Assembly: GCA_951406725.2 (NCBI GenBank)
Contig: OX597815.1
Location: 139,872,001 to 139,936,000, forward strand
DNA from: Octopus vulgaris
Taxonomy: Eukaryota
Reading direction: 5' to 3'
Length of the DNA stretch: 64,000 nt
In this document: in pieces, positions 50,541-64,000 of the stretch
Layout: every line of letters starts with the position of its first letter
Position numbering within the stretch: the stretch's first letter is position 1
The notes under the pieces: model-generated
The model's input: only the letters and a program-made list of their open reading frames with translations
What the model was told of the DNA's origin: nothing
Database searches by the model: none
Program-made: the position numbers and the translations under genes

Positions 50541-50603
50541 AATGCCAATGATGTCTGGTTGTCTTCTTATTTGTATTGAGTTTATTTCTTCTGTTTGTTA
50601 TAC

Positions 50604-50660
<57 letters not shown>

Positions 50661-50864
50661 ATGTACATGTTCGTTTTTACGTCGATTTACAGTAAAAACA
50701 ATATTACGCTGAACTAAAGGGTTTCTTAATACTGATTGTAGCATACATATTTAAATCATATCTTTACAAGAAGGGTGTTGATAGTCACTTAGAAGTTTCG
50801 GTCGAAGGCTAGCAGGCCGAAACATATATGTGTGTGCGTGTGCATATGTATGCATGTGCGCGTA

Positions 50865-50903
<39 letters not shown>

Positions 50904-51081
50904 GAAACAAAAAAGATGTTCAGAATGCTGGATGGTTGTAAAAATATATATTTATTTACATATCATATATTATTACTTCATATTAGCGCTTTCAACTACT
51001 CCTGTAGTTTCATCAGAAATGTCAGTTTTAAAAGTTTTGCCTGTATTTATATTATTGGTAAATGAAGTGGGGAGAGAGAGA

Positions 51082-51122
<41 letters not shown>

Positions 51123-51881
51123 CGAGAGCGAGAGAGAGAGAGTGTGTGTGTATATAATGGAGAATAGAGGGAGGGAGAAGGTAAAAGAGAGAGAGAGGGA
51201 GTGATAGGGAGATAGAGGGATGGAGAAGGTGAGAGAGAGAGAATATGGGTTTGTGTGTTTTAAAACAGTATTTTTCTTTTTTTGGGTCTTTTTTGTATTT
51301 TTTGGATGACCCTTGTAAGAAATAGAAAGAGAGAAGGAAAAAGAGGGTTTGTTTTTCAATAGTAGGAGTGTTGCTATGTACACCCACACATATATCCCTG
51401 CTCCCTTCGCCATCCCCAGAAATAGCGTTCGTAATACTCTTTTTCGTTCGGCTTAACAGCCCTTCTTGTCTTGTTATTTTCCTTGTCCTGTCTTTTACTG
51501 CTTATATTTTGTACTGTCATTACTGTCCTGTTTTTGTTACCATTTTTACCCCTCTGCAAAAAGATCTCAAATTTTATTTGATTTGCTTTTCGCAGGAAGG
51601 AAAGTTTCTATCGAAGATGCGTCTCGCCTTCACCTTCGAAACGCAGAGTAGATGAAACCATGGCGACTGAAGAAGGGGTTTTTTTCCTTGTGTTATTTGT
51701 CCTGTACTCTATTTTTTTGTTGTTTAAGAAAAATGTCCAGTTCCTTGGTTTCGTGTCTATGTTTTCGTTTCTCATTGTGTTCGACGTTTTTTTGGTGTTC
51801 TGTACTCATATATGTGTGTATATATACATGTAGAAGTAGGTACGTACATATATGTATATATATATGCATATGTTTTATTTA

Positions 51882-51920
<39 letters not shown>

Positions 51921-52373
51921 ACATACACTCACATACATATACACATATGGAGGAACCTATTGTGTGTGTACATTTTCATAAACATTCATACATACATGTA
52001 CTGGGTGTTCTTGAAAATGAGAAAGAAAGAAAGGGAAAAGAATATAAAAATAAAAATATAAAGAAAATGTTGTGTCCATTCTTCACTTGGCACTCCCTTG
52101 GGTTTCTAAAAGAACAGGTGGTTGACCATTCAATGTTTGATATACATATATATATACATCTAAACACATCAATATGTGTACATACATACACACACATATA
52201 TGAACATATATATGTACGGACACATATACACACACGTACACATGCATATCCACATATAGAACCACACATATATGCATACACAGGCATATACTTGCATACA
52301 TACATATATATATACGACCACATATATCAACATATATATATATAAAATATATATAAAAAAGATCAAACTTGTC

Positions 52374-52401
<28 letters not shown>

Positions 52402-52405
<4 letters not shown>

Positions 52406-52912
52406 ACGGACTGCTACTGAGTACCTCAGCTAAGATTCAAACACGAATCCACATTTTTCCACATTGTCAGACATGTTCTCAACCTATTGCTTTCACCTGT
52501 TGCATTGAGAGATTGATGACTTCTCAGACCTTTTTTTGAGGCATTCGGGTCAAACCATGACGTATCCTATTGTTCTCAGTTAACCTGATTTAATTAGAGA
52601 AGCTATAAATACAGAAGCAAATACCAGTCAATCTTGGCGTCTGGCCGAGGAGCAAGCTTTCCCTTACTTTTTTGGATCGGTCGGTCTCATGGTCAAAGAA
52701 CATCTCACGTCAGCAGACCTCTCATTGTTTCTATCGCTATACATTCCTTTTATTCTGTCTTTCCCGCTAGCGGTCATGGAAATGAAACTACTATCAAACA
52801 GAATGGACCAGAGATTTACAAACAAACTGTATATACACAAACAACTCAATGAAGTTGTATATATCTTATATTATGTAGCGTCTTGTATTCTCATCATCTT
52901 CAACATTGTAAC
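52402..52912 (+). mobile_element. Possible solo LTR in (TA)n
   Basis: Begins tataac (possibly decayed TGTAAC), internal ctataaata, ends tgtaaca; no second copy to confirm. Confidence 0.25.
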
Positions 52913-53011
52913 AATATAATAATTGAGATTTAATAATTAGCTTTACTAATAATCAAGCAAATATTGTTCCTCAATCTTTTCTCCCATACATTATGACATT
53001 AAACCTTGTCG

Positions 53012-53069
<58 letters not shown>

Positions 53070-53071
<2 letters not shown>

Positions 53072-53960
53072 TGGATCCGGAAAAATTGAAAAATGTCTTA
53101 CCCCAAATTGGAATGACATCATGTATATCTCAAGAGGGAGAAAATTTGGCACAGTAGAAACCAGGTTTAGGACAGCAGAGAAGGCCTACGAGCACTCTGT
53201 CAGCCCTTTAAAAGCAAATGAAGTGGTACTTCTGCCGACCTATATAGGGCGAGGACGCACTCCCGTATTAAGGTGGAAGAAGTACTGCCGGAAATTGAAG
53301 CCGTGTGGGTAATGGCCGCCCTGTTATTTAACAGAGAGGACAAAATTAACATCCTACAAGTGACACGCTCTGCCCCCCCACCCCAAATTGGCTTGGGCAG
53401 AGCAACACGGCTATCATCCAAGTGGCTCCGGAAGATTTTGAAAAAATTCCCGACAGAGTGCTCGTAGGTGAGGACGTGGTCCTGAAAATTCAGGTGGAGC
53501 AAAAGAAGCCGAGGTGCTTCAAATGTGGTCGAAAGAGTGCACATAAGGGCCGATTGTGACTCCAAGAAAAAGGAAGGACAAACCACGATGCAAGAGGAAG
53601 AACTTTCAAAGGCCCAAACATCTGTAATTATATCCACGCCAGGCCCTTCACAAACCCATAAAACTGCCCCAAACCCCCACGCGCACACACCAGCCCCTAC
53701 ATTAGCAAAGACCCCCGCCAACTGCGGTGCCCACAGAAGTCGCCAAACCCACGCATACAACAATCCCGACAACAACAAAGATACCCACACCCTCGACGTC
53801 GATGGCACCAGATAACAAAACTCCCTCAGATGACACCATGAAAGTAGTCGAGGAGGAGTTCACTATTATACGACACTCGGCCAAACGACTATTGTTCCAG
53901 TCTCCATTCACATTCCCTACAAAATCCGAAAACCTTGCAATACAGACAATTAAATAAAAA
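53070..53960 (+). mobile_element. Degraded LINE ORF1-like (gag-like) fragment with zinc knuckle, probably Tx1/L1
   Basis: Frameshifted CFKCG..HIRADC near 53515-53558 followed by a Pro/Thr-rich region; starts right after (CA)n. Confidence 0.6.
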
Positions 53961-53977
53961 CCGCCCAACCGTCCCAG

Positions 53978-54350
53978 AGGGCGAAATGCGCAGCCGTATT
54001 TCGTCTGCCGTTACGTTCTGAGTACAGATTCCGCCGAGTTCGACTTTGCCTTTTATCCTTTCGGGGTCGATAAATTAAGTACCAGTTGCGCACTGGGGTC
54101 GATGTAATCGACTTAACCCGTTTGTCTGTCCTTGTTTGTCCTATCTGTGTTTAGACTCTTGTAGGTAGTAAAGAAATAGGTATTTCGTCTGTTTTTACGT
54201 TCTGAGTTCAGATTCCGCCGAGGTCGACTTTGCTTTTCATCCTTTTGTGGTCGATAAATTAAGTACCAGTTGCGTACTTCAGTCGATGTAATCGACTGGC
54301 CCCTCCTCTCCACCAAAATTTTCAGGCCTTGTGCATAGAGTAAAAAAGAA
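53978..54350 (+). mobile_element. Dimer of SINE family 2 (tail A unit then tail B unit)
   Basis: Junction aaagaaatag/gtatttcgtctg at 54179-54180. Confidence 0.85.
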
Positions 54351-55742
54351 TACAGCTTTTAAAATGTTTTTTTTATGTTACATCGTTTACCGAGTTAAGT
54401 CGCCTCTCTTGGAACAAATTACCGACGTGTATTGAGGTATGCCTGTTCTTTAAATTGGGTTTTCACTTTGACATGTTTAAATATTCATGTTTATTTATTC
54501 GGATATGTGTGTGTAAGTGGGTGTATGTATGAGTATTTGTGTTTATGCGTATGTGTTATGGCTGAATGGTTAAGATATGGGTTCGATCCGACTGACATCT
54601 TGAGCAAATGTTATTTTGTATAGCCTCGTGTTGAAACATACCGCGTTATGGAAACTGGATAAACCGCAACATTCAAGATCTAAACTTTGAATGTTGTGAA
54701 TGATAGGATTTTAAAACCCAGGTCAGTTCTAGTCAAGCGGATCTATGATCCAAGTCATTACAACTGTAAACAACACATATTTTCAAGCGAAAACGATAAA
54801 TGATAAAAAAAACAAAAAACAAAAAAAAAGAAATACGAATGCAACACGAAAATCGAGTTACACTGGAGAGTTCCACACGAATGGGTTGTTACTATGGAAA
54901 CAAGGACCTCTATGTATGTGGCTTTCGATTGGCTAAAATTACCCAAAATGTATAAATTTTAAAAGCTATCAACTGTTTATTTATTGATTTATGGCGAAAA
55001 TGAATTTCATAGAAACGATTAACATACAAAACTACATCAGTACACCAAATTTGAAATCAACTGAAACAAAACTGAAAGAATTAAAAGTGAAAGCAATTTG
55101 AACTCAGAACGTAACGGTAGATGAAATACGGCTACGCATTTCGTCCGGCGTGCTAACGTTTCTGCCAATTCGCCGCCTTTTCGGATAACAATAAACTCGT
55201 AGGGTGGATTGCACTTGTACTTCAAGCGGGCAACTTTGTTACTTTATCAAACTTCGTGAGTAACGGTACGTGTATAGTCATCTGCAATATGTAACTGCTT
55301 ACATTTTAATTCATTGAGCTGGAAACTCGGCTCATCCAACAAGTGAACCATCAGCGTTGAAACCGACCGACATCCATCTGTGTGAGTGTGTGTTAGTGTG
55401 CGCGCGTGTGTTTATATAGTGTAGGAATAAAAGTGTGTGTATATGCGTGTATGCATCTATGTAAATGTGTGTGTTTTTGTATTTACAATTATGTGTGTGC
55501 GTGTGTGTTTTATGGCTCAGTAAAATTATCATCGATATTATGTTTATATATCTTACTTTATGTTTGTATTCCTGGATATGTTTATGCCAGTATGTGTGTG
55601 TGTGTGTGTGTGTGTGCGCTCGCACGCACACGCACATTTATGCACACGTTCTTTCGGTCCACAATGCACAAATATTTAACACACACAAATAATACAAACA
55701 CATTTAATACTGATAGACACACACGTATAATAAATAGACATT

Positions 55743-55792
<50 letters not shown>

Positions 55793-56374
55793 ACACACAC
55801 ACACATTCAACACACAGATATGCGGATTAGTTCTGAAACCTCTTACGTTAAATATGCATCTGAAGTCATTATCCGCAGCTGAATAGGTGTGAAGATGCCA
55901 ACAGATATGTCAAGTGTGCTAAAATTTCTCTTTTTAGATTTAATGTACCGAATGCATATGCAACAATACAACTTCCATAACAATTCGGTGAAAAAAAAAA
56001 AAAGAAAAACGGACAGAAAAATATATCATAGTCAAACAATATTCATACATGTACTTTATATTTATTAATTTTTGTATGATATGAATTTACACTTATATCA
56101 CCTAAAATTATATATGAATATTACAAACATCGTTGATCACATGAATGGTGTTTTCTCTATATCCGCATCCTATATTTTCGTATCTACCTTCCCCATCACA
56201 TACTCTCTCTTGTCTGAGCGGCTTCAACTGAAAATTCATTTAGGTGGCTAATCGGCCATGTTCAGCTCCAGTGAATCATGAACAAGGCATATTATTTCCA
56301 TTTCTCAATAATGCTGCAGTGAATGAGGGCATACTATGTTTCAAGTTAAATGAATAAGTATGATTTCGACTACA

Positions 56375-56835
56375 TGATCTGGCAGAATCGCTAGCGTGCC
56401 GGACTAAATGCTTAGTCGCATGTCTCCCGTCTTTACGTTCTGAGTTCAAATTCCCTGATCGTTTATCCTTTCGGTGTCGATAAAATATCTACCAGTTAAG
56501 TACTGAGGTCGATGTAATCGGCTTTCTCCTTTCCCCCAAATTTCAAGCCTTGTGCCTATAGTAGAAAGGATTATTATTATTACTATTACTTGTCTTAAAA
56601 AGTCGACGTACTGGCAGAATCGTTAGCAAGCTGGACGCAATGCTTAGCGGTATTTCACCCGTCGCTACGTTCTGAGTTCAAATTCCGCCGAGAACGACAT
56701 TGCCTTTCATCCTTTCGGGTTCGATGAATTAAATACCAGTGAAACACTGGAGTCGATGTTATCGTCTAGTCACCTCCACCCACTCCCCACGCACATTTCA
56801 GGTCTTGTGCTTTTAGTAGAAAGGACTATTATTAA
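56375..56835 (+). mobile_element. Two adjacent SINE family 2 copies with tail B
   Basis: Bodies followed by tttcaRg.cttgtgc....agtagaaagga and (ATT)n. Confidence 0.8.
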
Positions 56836-57235
56836 AGTTTCAAAGCTGCCATCATAAACGTTTGAACAAAGAAAAATACGTCTGACAAGATTGTCGAGTT
56901 GCTTGGGCAGAAAATTGTAAATGTGTGATATCTGAAATGTAAGATGAAAGAAAGTCTCAACCAGACTCCTCCCGGAAAAGAAACGAAGATATAAATTCTT
57001 TTGGATGAGCAGCAGCAACGGGGTTGGTGGGGGTAGGCATTCTGTTGGTGGAAAATGGCTCGATAATTAATTGAAATTAATTGAAGCAGTCAGAAATTGA
57101 GACAGATAAATTAAACTTTGTCTAGTCGTGGGTACAGCTATTTTTACATACGCACTACATTCACGATTATGTGATCACCTCTATAACGAATGATAGCGAC
57201 CTCTAGTAACTTTAATGGACACGTATGGCAATATC

Positions 57236-57469
57236 TATTTCTTTATCACCCACAAGGGGCTAAACATAGAGGGGACAAACAAGGACAGACATAGGTATTA
57301 AGTCGATCACATCGACCCCAGTGCGTAACTGGTACTTAATTTATCGACCCCGAAAGGATGAAAGGCAAAGTCGACCTCGGCGGAATTTGAACTCCCAACG
57401 TAACGGCAGACGAAATACCGCTAAGCATTTCGCCCAGCGTGCTAACGTTTCTGCCAGTTCACCGCCTTC
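57236..57469 (-). mobile_element. SINE family 2, tail A
   Basis: 17-bp TSD acacgtatggcaatatc (57219-57235, 57470-57486). Confidence 0.93.
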
Positions 57470-59005
57470 ACACGTATGGCAATATCATGAAAGCTACTCT
57501 GATGCGCATGTACGCTATTGGATGTGGTGGATGGAATGAATAGGGATCAAAGCCCTTGAAGGTCTGTGATGCAAATGACCGATCACTATCTCCAAGAAAT
57601 CTGACGCCAACAAGACAGATTTCCTGCATAGGGGCCTCTGTCAGTTAAGTTTGATCATGCGTGCGCACGTCTGGGCAACATATCAGAACAATCTAGCTGT
57701 TGCGCATTCATGGGAGTTTTTCCCCTCTCCACACCACCAATATCTATCGCAGTAAAAGACCATCGGCTTGGTCAATGTCGTCTGGTACTAGTGTCATTGC
57801 AGGGTTGCTGTCAGAGCGCAAAAAATCGGAATAGATATCATGAAGGCATCCCTTTCGATGTTCTAACATTTCTGTCAATCCATCGTTCTGGATTTGTATT
57901 ATTGTTATTGATTCAGAAAATATAAAAAGCTAAATTCACCTTAGCGAGATTTGAACTCAGAACACAGTCGGAATAATACTGCGAGACATTCTATCTTTAA
58001 CGACTCTACCAATTCGCCATTTGAGACAGGCTTCATATTCACCAAGAAACGGCTGGATAGAGGGATGTGACTATTGACTCTCTCCCCAGTGAAGAATGTA
58101 CACACAACATAGGCTTGTGACTAGTGACATGAGATTAAGAGCTAGACGTTCCCTATAACAAAAGAAAATCCAGGAAGAGAAAGATCCCCATTGACGAGAC
58201 GTCGGTTCGGAAAAACAAACCAAAAAAAAAACCACTAGATGACATCTATGTCTAAGCAAAGTAATAGCTATCTGAAACATAGGAGACAAGTGAGAAACAA
58301 CCCTCTTTGAACCACAGATCCAATCTATGGTTGTGGCAAAGTTCCAGCAAAGTACGGGGCAACATGATAGTAGAATGACACAGAAAATAGTATAATAGAA
58401 GTAACATTATACTTAATAGTTTTATAGAAGCTTATAAACAGCCCGGAAAGAACAGAAGAAATGTCAGAACATACAAAAATATCTGTTATCTAGAAGAGAA
58501 GCTTGATGTCAAGCATATGTAGCATGGAGAGAGTCAGAAGCGTGTAGTGTTCTGATTGCCAAGTAGTGCTTCAGTGTGATTCAGGAAGTTGTCGGTTAAA
58601 AGTGTATATATCATACTATCGGCGTAATCGCCCATACACAAAGAAGAAGGAAATAAAGAAATAATGCTATCAGAGGATAATGAAGGTAATGTTACAGGAA
58701 AAAGTGAGAGAGCGAGGGAGAGAGACTACCCAAGTTGTTTCTACAGAAAGATCGACTATTCAAATTGGCAGTTAAATGGTAAAAGGCACAGATAAAGATA
58801 AAGCAAGCGAAACAGCCAGACCAAAAGCAGCGAAGTAGAACGTGCATTAGTCACTCGCATAGTTAATAAGGTAGTACAGAAAGAGGGGGCTTTCTCAATT
58901 AATAGATCATCATCATCATCTTCATCATTGACTACTACAAGTTCAAAGAAAAAGCTCTAGAAAACAAAACACGTAATTAATAGCGTACACTTCTTAAGTG
59001 ACCTA

Positions 59006-59237
59006 TTTCTTTACTACCCACAAGGAGCTAAACACAGAGAGGACAAACAAGGACAGACAAAGGGATTAAGTCGATTATATCGACCCTCAGTGCGTAACTG
59101 GTACTTATTTAATCGACCCCGAAAGGATGAAAGGCAAAGTCGACCTCGGCGGAATTTGAACTCAGAACGTAACGGCAGACGAAATACGGCTACGCATTTC
59201 GCCCGGCGTGCTAACGTTTCTGCCAGCTCGCCGCCTT
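59006..59237 (-). mobile_element. SINE family 2, tail A
   Basis: 16-bp TSD cttcttaagYgaccta. Confidence 0.93.
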
Positions 59238-61523
59238 CTTCTTAAGCGACCTAATTAGCAATGGAGAACTATGTTCCGAAAGCATAACAGTGAGAATAAA
59301 GAGCACACTGGGAAAAGCTCAAGACGCTATACCTCCGCAGTCCTGAGTAAGCGGTTGTGGGTACGATGCATATGCTCAAAGTGCAACGCTGCATGATTGT
59401 GAAGCATGAGCATTTGATGCGGAAGATGAGTCGAGCACGTAACGCTGCATGTGTAACTTATGACACCACAAATAGGAAGTTACATCTCAAACAACGCATT
59501 AATAGTCAAATACTTAATAGATTACGCAAAGCAAACACGACTTGGAGTTTCTGTACGAAAGCATGTCTTCGACAACAGTCCGTTGATCACTCCGTCAACG
59601 ATAAACAGACTGAACGCAACTTGAAACCTTCAACCAAAGAAGGATGTGGCATATACTAAGGCATAATTGGCAGGACAGTGACTAACGAGGTTGTTCTACT
59701 GCAAGCGATTGGTAGTGCCAGCATTAAAAACATGTTAAGTAGAGAAGGATGCAATACGTTGTAGGCATAACCGACACTTGACACCATTATTTTGAACTGA
59801 AACGGGAATCCGACGACAGGGTGCTTAAAAGAAGAGATACAGAAATCTGCTCAGGTACATGGTGAAACAGAACAAGATATCCCGGTCATGAGACTCAACG
59901 GGACGAAAATAATAAAAGCATTGCTTGAAGAATTGACAGTAGACAATGATGTAAAAATCATATAAATAGAACGAAAATAAGACACGAACAGATGAAAACT
60001 GGTTCAACAATCATCAACCGCTACAATCACGATATATATACATATATATAATACAAAATGGGACAAGAACGCAAAACATCCGGACAACTAGGTGATACAA
60101 AAAGGGACAACAAAACATCCAGATAGACGATACAAAAAAACAAGGACGGGTCATTCGAAGCTTTCTATCCTCAGTCAAGAACCGGATCATCCTCGCAATT
60201 TCGGCTGATTAATCTTGAGATTGCTCCAATACATATATTTAACTGGTTGGCACGCGCACGTATCTACTCAGTCCTAGATGATAGAACTGAGATCATCGTC
60301 GGAAAGGAAGGACAGCTGTCAAGAATGTTTGTGTGAATGAACGACGGAACACATATAAGCAGCGATAAAAAACCCTAAAAAAAAACTGGGTATAAGAGAA
60401 ATCAGATGTTGCTTGCAAGAGACAAGACTCTACTGATATAGACGTGATATGTAAGGAGGAAAGAAATCTAAGTGATTTAAGTGGAAGGAAATTTTGGAAG
60501 AGGGAATCGAAAGGAAAATATGGTGAAGAAAGTGGTGAAGGTTGATCTCAGGAGGATTATTCTCGCTTAGGAGATAATAAAAGATCATAATAGGTAGCGA
60601 ACCGTTGTACTGAAGACTCGTCTAATCCATGCAAGAAAATGGAAAAACCGTAGTTACATACTACTTGTGGTGTGGTGATGCTAGTGATGGTGATGATAAT
60701 GATGCTGATATATTATGGACATGTAGATATAGTGTTTGTATGAAATCTAGATTCACAAACTAATGTCGTAGTTATAAATGCTAATATTCCTGTATTCAAT
60801 ATATCTTATATGTACGTTGTAACAAACATTTGTATTAAACTGATATTCATATCACACACACACACACACACACACGTTGTATATTTCTATATAATATACA
60901 ATATATCAATACCTCACAAAGGAAAAAAAAATTACATATTTCACAATAAAATATCGCTTAGTAAAAATATTACAATGGTACAATGGTTAAATGCAAAGAA
61001 AAATGTCATGTCCACGTCGAATGGATAGAGAAAATTGTTGAAGTGAATTGTGGAAAATGGATGGGAGACAGATTTAATAAATAGTTATGTTAAACAAGCT
61101 GTCATGACATGAATAATAAACTCCAATAGTGTATGGAAAGAAAGTTAGAGCATATAGACATTTAAATTATAAACTAATTGTTAATATTATCGAACAAGTG
61201 ATGAGGATTGGACTGTTGTGAGAGAAGTTGATGGGTGAACGTAGCTTAGTGTATAACACCAGGACAGTGCATCGACGTATATGGTTGTGTGGAGTACATA
61301 ATGTCTAACGGTATTTCATGATGTCCTTTATATGACGGGAGTTCAAATCCTGCTGTGGTAAATTGTGTCTGGCAACCTTGTAAGTTCGATTAACCATAGT
61401 TGTGGGTATGGTTGGGTAGCTAAGAAGTGCGCTTTGCAAACCACGTAGTTTCGGATTCAGTTCTGTTGCTCGCATCTTAGATAAGTGTACCACAACAACG
61501 GGTCGTCCAATGCCTTGTGAATG

Positions 61524-61589
<66 letters not shown>

Positions 61590-61909
61590 TATTTCGTTTT
61601 GGGATTTGGTTTGCAAGGTTCTTTGTATGAGTTCGTGTGTTGAAGCATATTCTGTTGTGTCTGGGGAGAGTAATTTTCATTTTGGGCCTTATAATTTAAC
61701 ACACTCACCGGTAAAATTTCCACTTATTTCTTATTTTTATTTTCCTAAAATTTTCGTTGTGTCTTGCAACCTTTTCAGTCAAGACTATTGAAAAGATTGC
61801 AAGACGCAACGAAAATTTTAGGAAAATAAGAAATAAGTGGAAATTTTACCGGTGAGTGTGTTACATTATAAGGTACAAAAAGAAAATTACTCTCCCCAGA
61901 CACAACAGA
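61590..61909. mobile_element. PLE pseudo-LTR fold-back (~125-bp arms, 61651-61909) with a variant hammerhead at its centre
   Basis: 61651-61777 versus 61789-61909 inverted; cta-TTGAAAA-g-(a/g)ttgc-aagac-gcaac-GAAA-attt-tag; related fragments near 31510 and 43340. Confidence 0.7.
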
Positions 61910-62690
61910 CAAAACAGAATATATATAGGCGAGACTGTGTGGTAAGGGGCTTGTTATTGTTAAATCTGGTTTTAAGCCTTTCTCTTGTTCTTTAGCCATA
62001 TACCGCACCTGTTAAATAGAACTTATCAAGGTCTTGTCTTCTAAAGTATATGGTCTGTGAAGTACATTTTTCTCTTCCTAATAGTGTTTAACAGCCCTTT
62101 CCTGGCACTTTATCTTGCTAAGGACCTATTCAGTAATTCTTTTATTTGCCCATCTTTTTCTGAGAATGCGTTTGAAATACCGTTGTTCTAATATTTCAAT
62201 TCTCTTTTTATCAATTTTCTTTATAATCCAGCGCGCGCGCGCGCACACACCCGTATCTGTGTGCATGTATGTATATTATACGGATAGTGCATGTAAATAT
62301 TGTGTGCATTGTTCCTGTAAATTACATATGTGTATAAATATTCACACCTACACATACATGCACACATTACATTGTCCGTATACTATGTGCTACAGTGTAT
62401 GTGAATATTGTGCTTATCGTGTCTATGCATATATGTGTATAGTCGCACAGGTATTGTGTGCTATGCAACAACACACAATGTGGGAGGTGACTCATTTTTA
62501 GGATCAAATTCCATGACTCAGTTTAAGAAATTCAATTGATGTATAGGTCAGGAAAATGTCTTGACCTTCTCAAATGTTTCTTTGATTTTGGCAAAAGAAG
62601 AAAACCCCCCAAAACTTACTACTAAGGTGTACTGCTAAAAGTGATTTGTTTCTTTAATTACACTAACCTTTATCTTTTTACCTGAACAGA

Positions 62691-64000
<1,310 letters not shown>

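Larger units (their letters stand above)
56880..60710 (+). mobile_element. Ancient fragmented RTE-clade LINE (APE, RT C-terminus, 3' end) with younger insertions
   Basis: RYKFFW..S.GVG...FNGHV (APE, 56980-57590); SESITVRIR...YDAY (59270-59460); KLGIREIRCCLQETRL...VEGNFGRG and a (GAT)-rich tail (60320-60710). Continuity between pieces is inferred. Confidence 0.6.

Noticed and set aside
53200-53808. 202-aa minus-strand ORF
   Set aside because: Antisense shadow of the ORF1-like fragment.

Overview
AT-rich, microsatellite-dense animal genomic DNA. The repeat landscape looks like an Octopus (coleoid cephalopod) genome; this is inferred from repeat content only. No complete protein-coding gene is visible, only a few weak candidate small exons and a CpG-rich promoter-like island near 14-15.6 kb. 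Most long ORFs in the track are microsatellite artefacts. The window is dominated by nested mobile elements: at least four tRNA-derived SINE families, R4/Dong-type RLE LINE fragments in (TTA)n tracts, Tx1/L1, RTE and CR1 fragments, a Penelope-like element (RT + GIY-YIG, CxCx5C linker), a full-length DD36E Tc1 copy, Helitron relics and hAT MITEs. The most striking signal is a set of minimal type I hammerhead ribozyme (HHR) motifs: a young ORF-less 359-nt retrozyme-like array with a 12-bp TSD (3060-4055), a tRNA-headed element with a hammerhead tail (39451-39844), and cores showing C:G, G:C and U:A covariation at positions 3:8. Also notable are a 26-nt tail match between a SINE and a Tx1 LINE, a MITE flanked by a 64-bp duplication, and a covarying 3' stem-loop shared by four Dong subfamilies. 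All calls were made by eye; boundaries of old elements are approximate.
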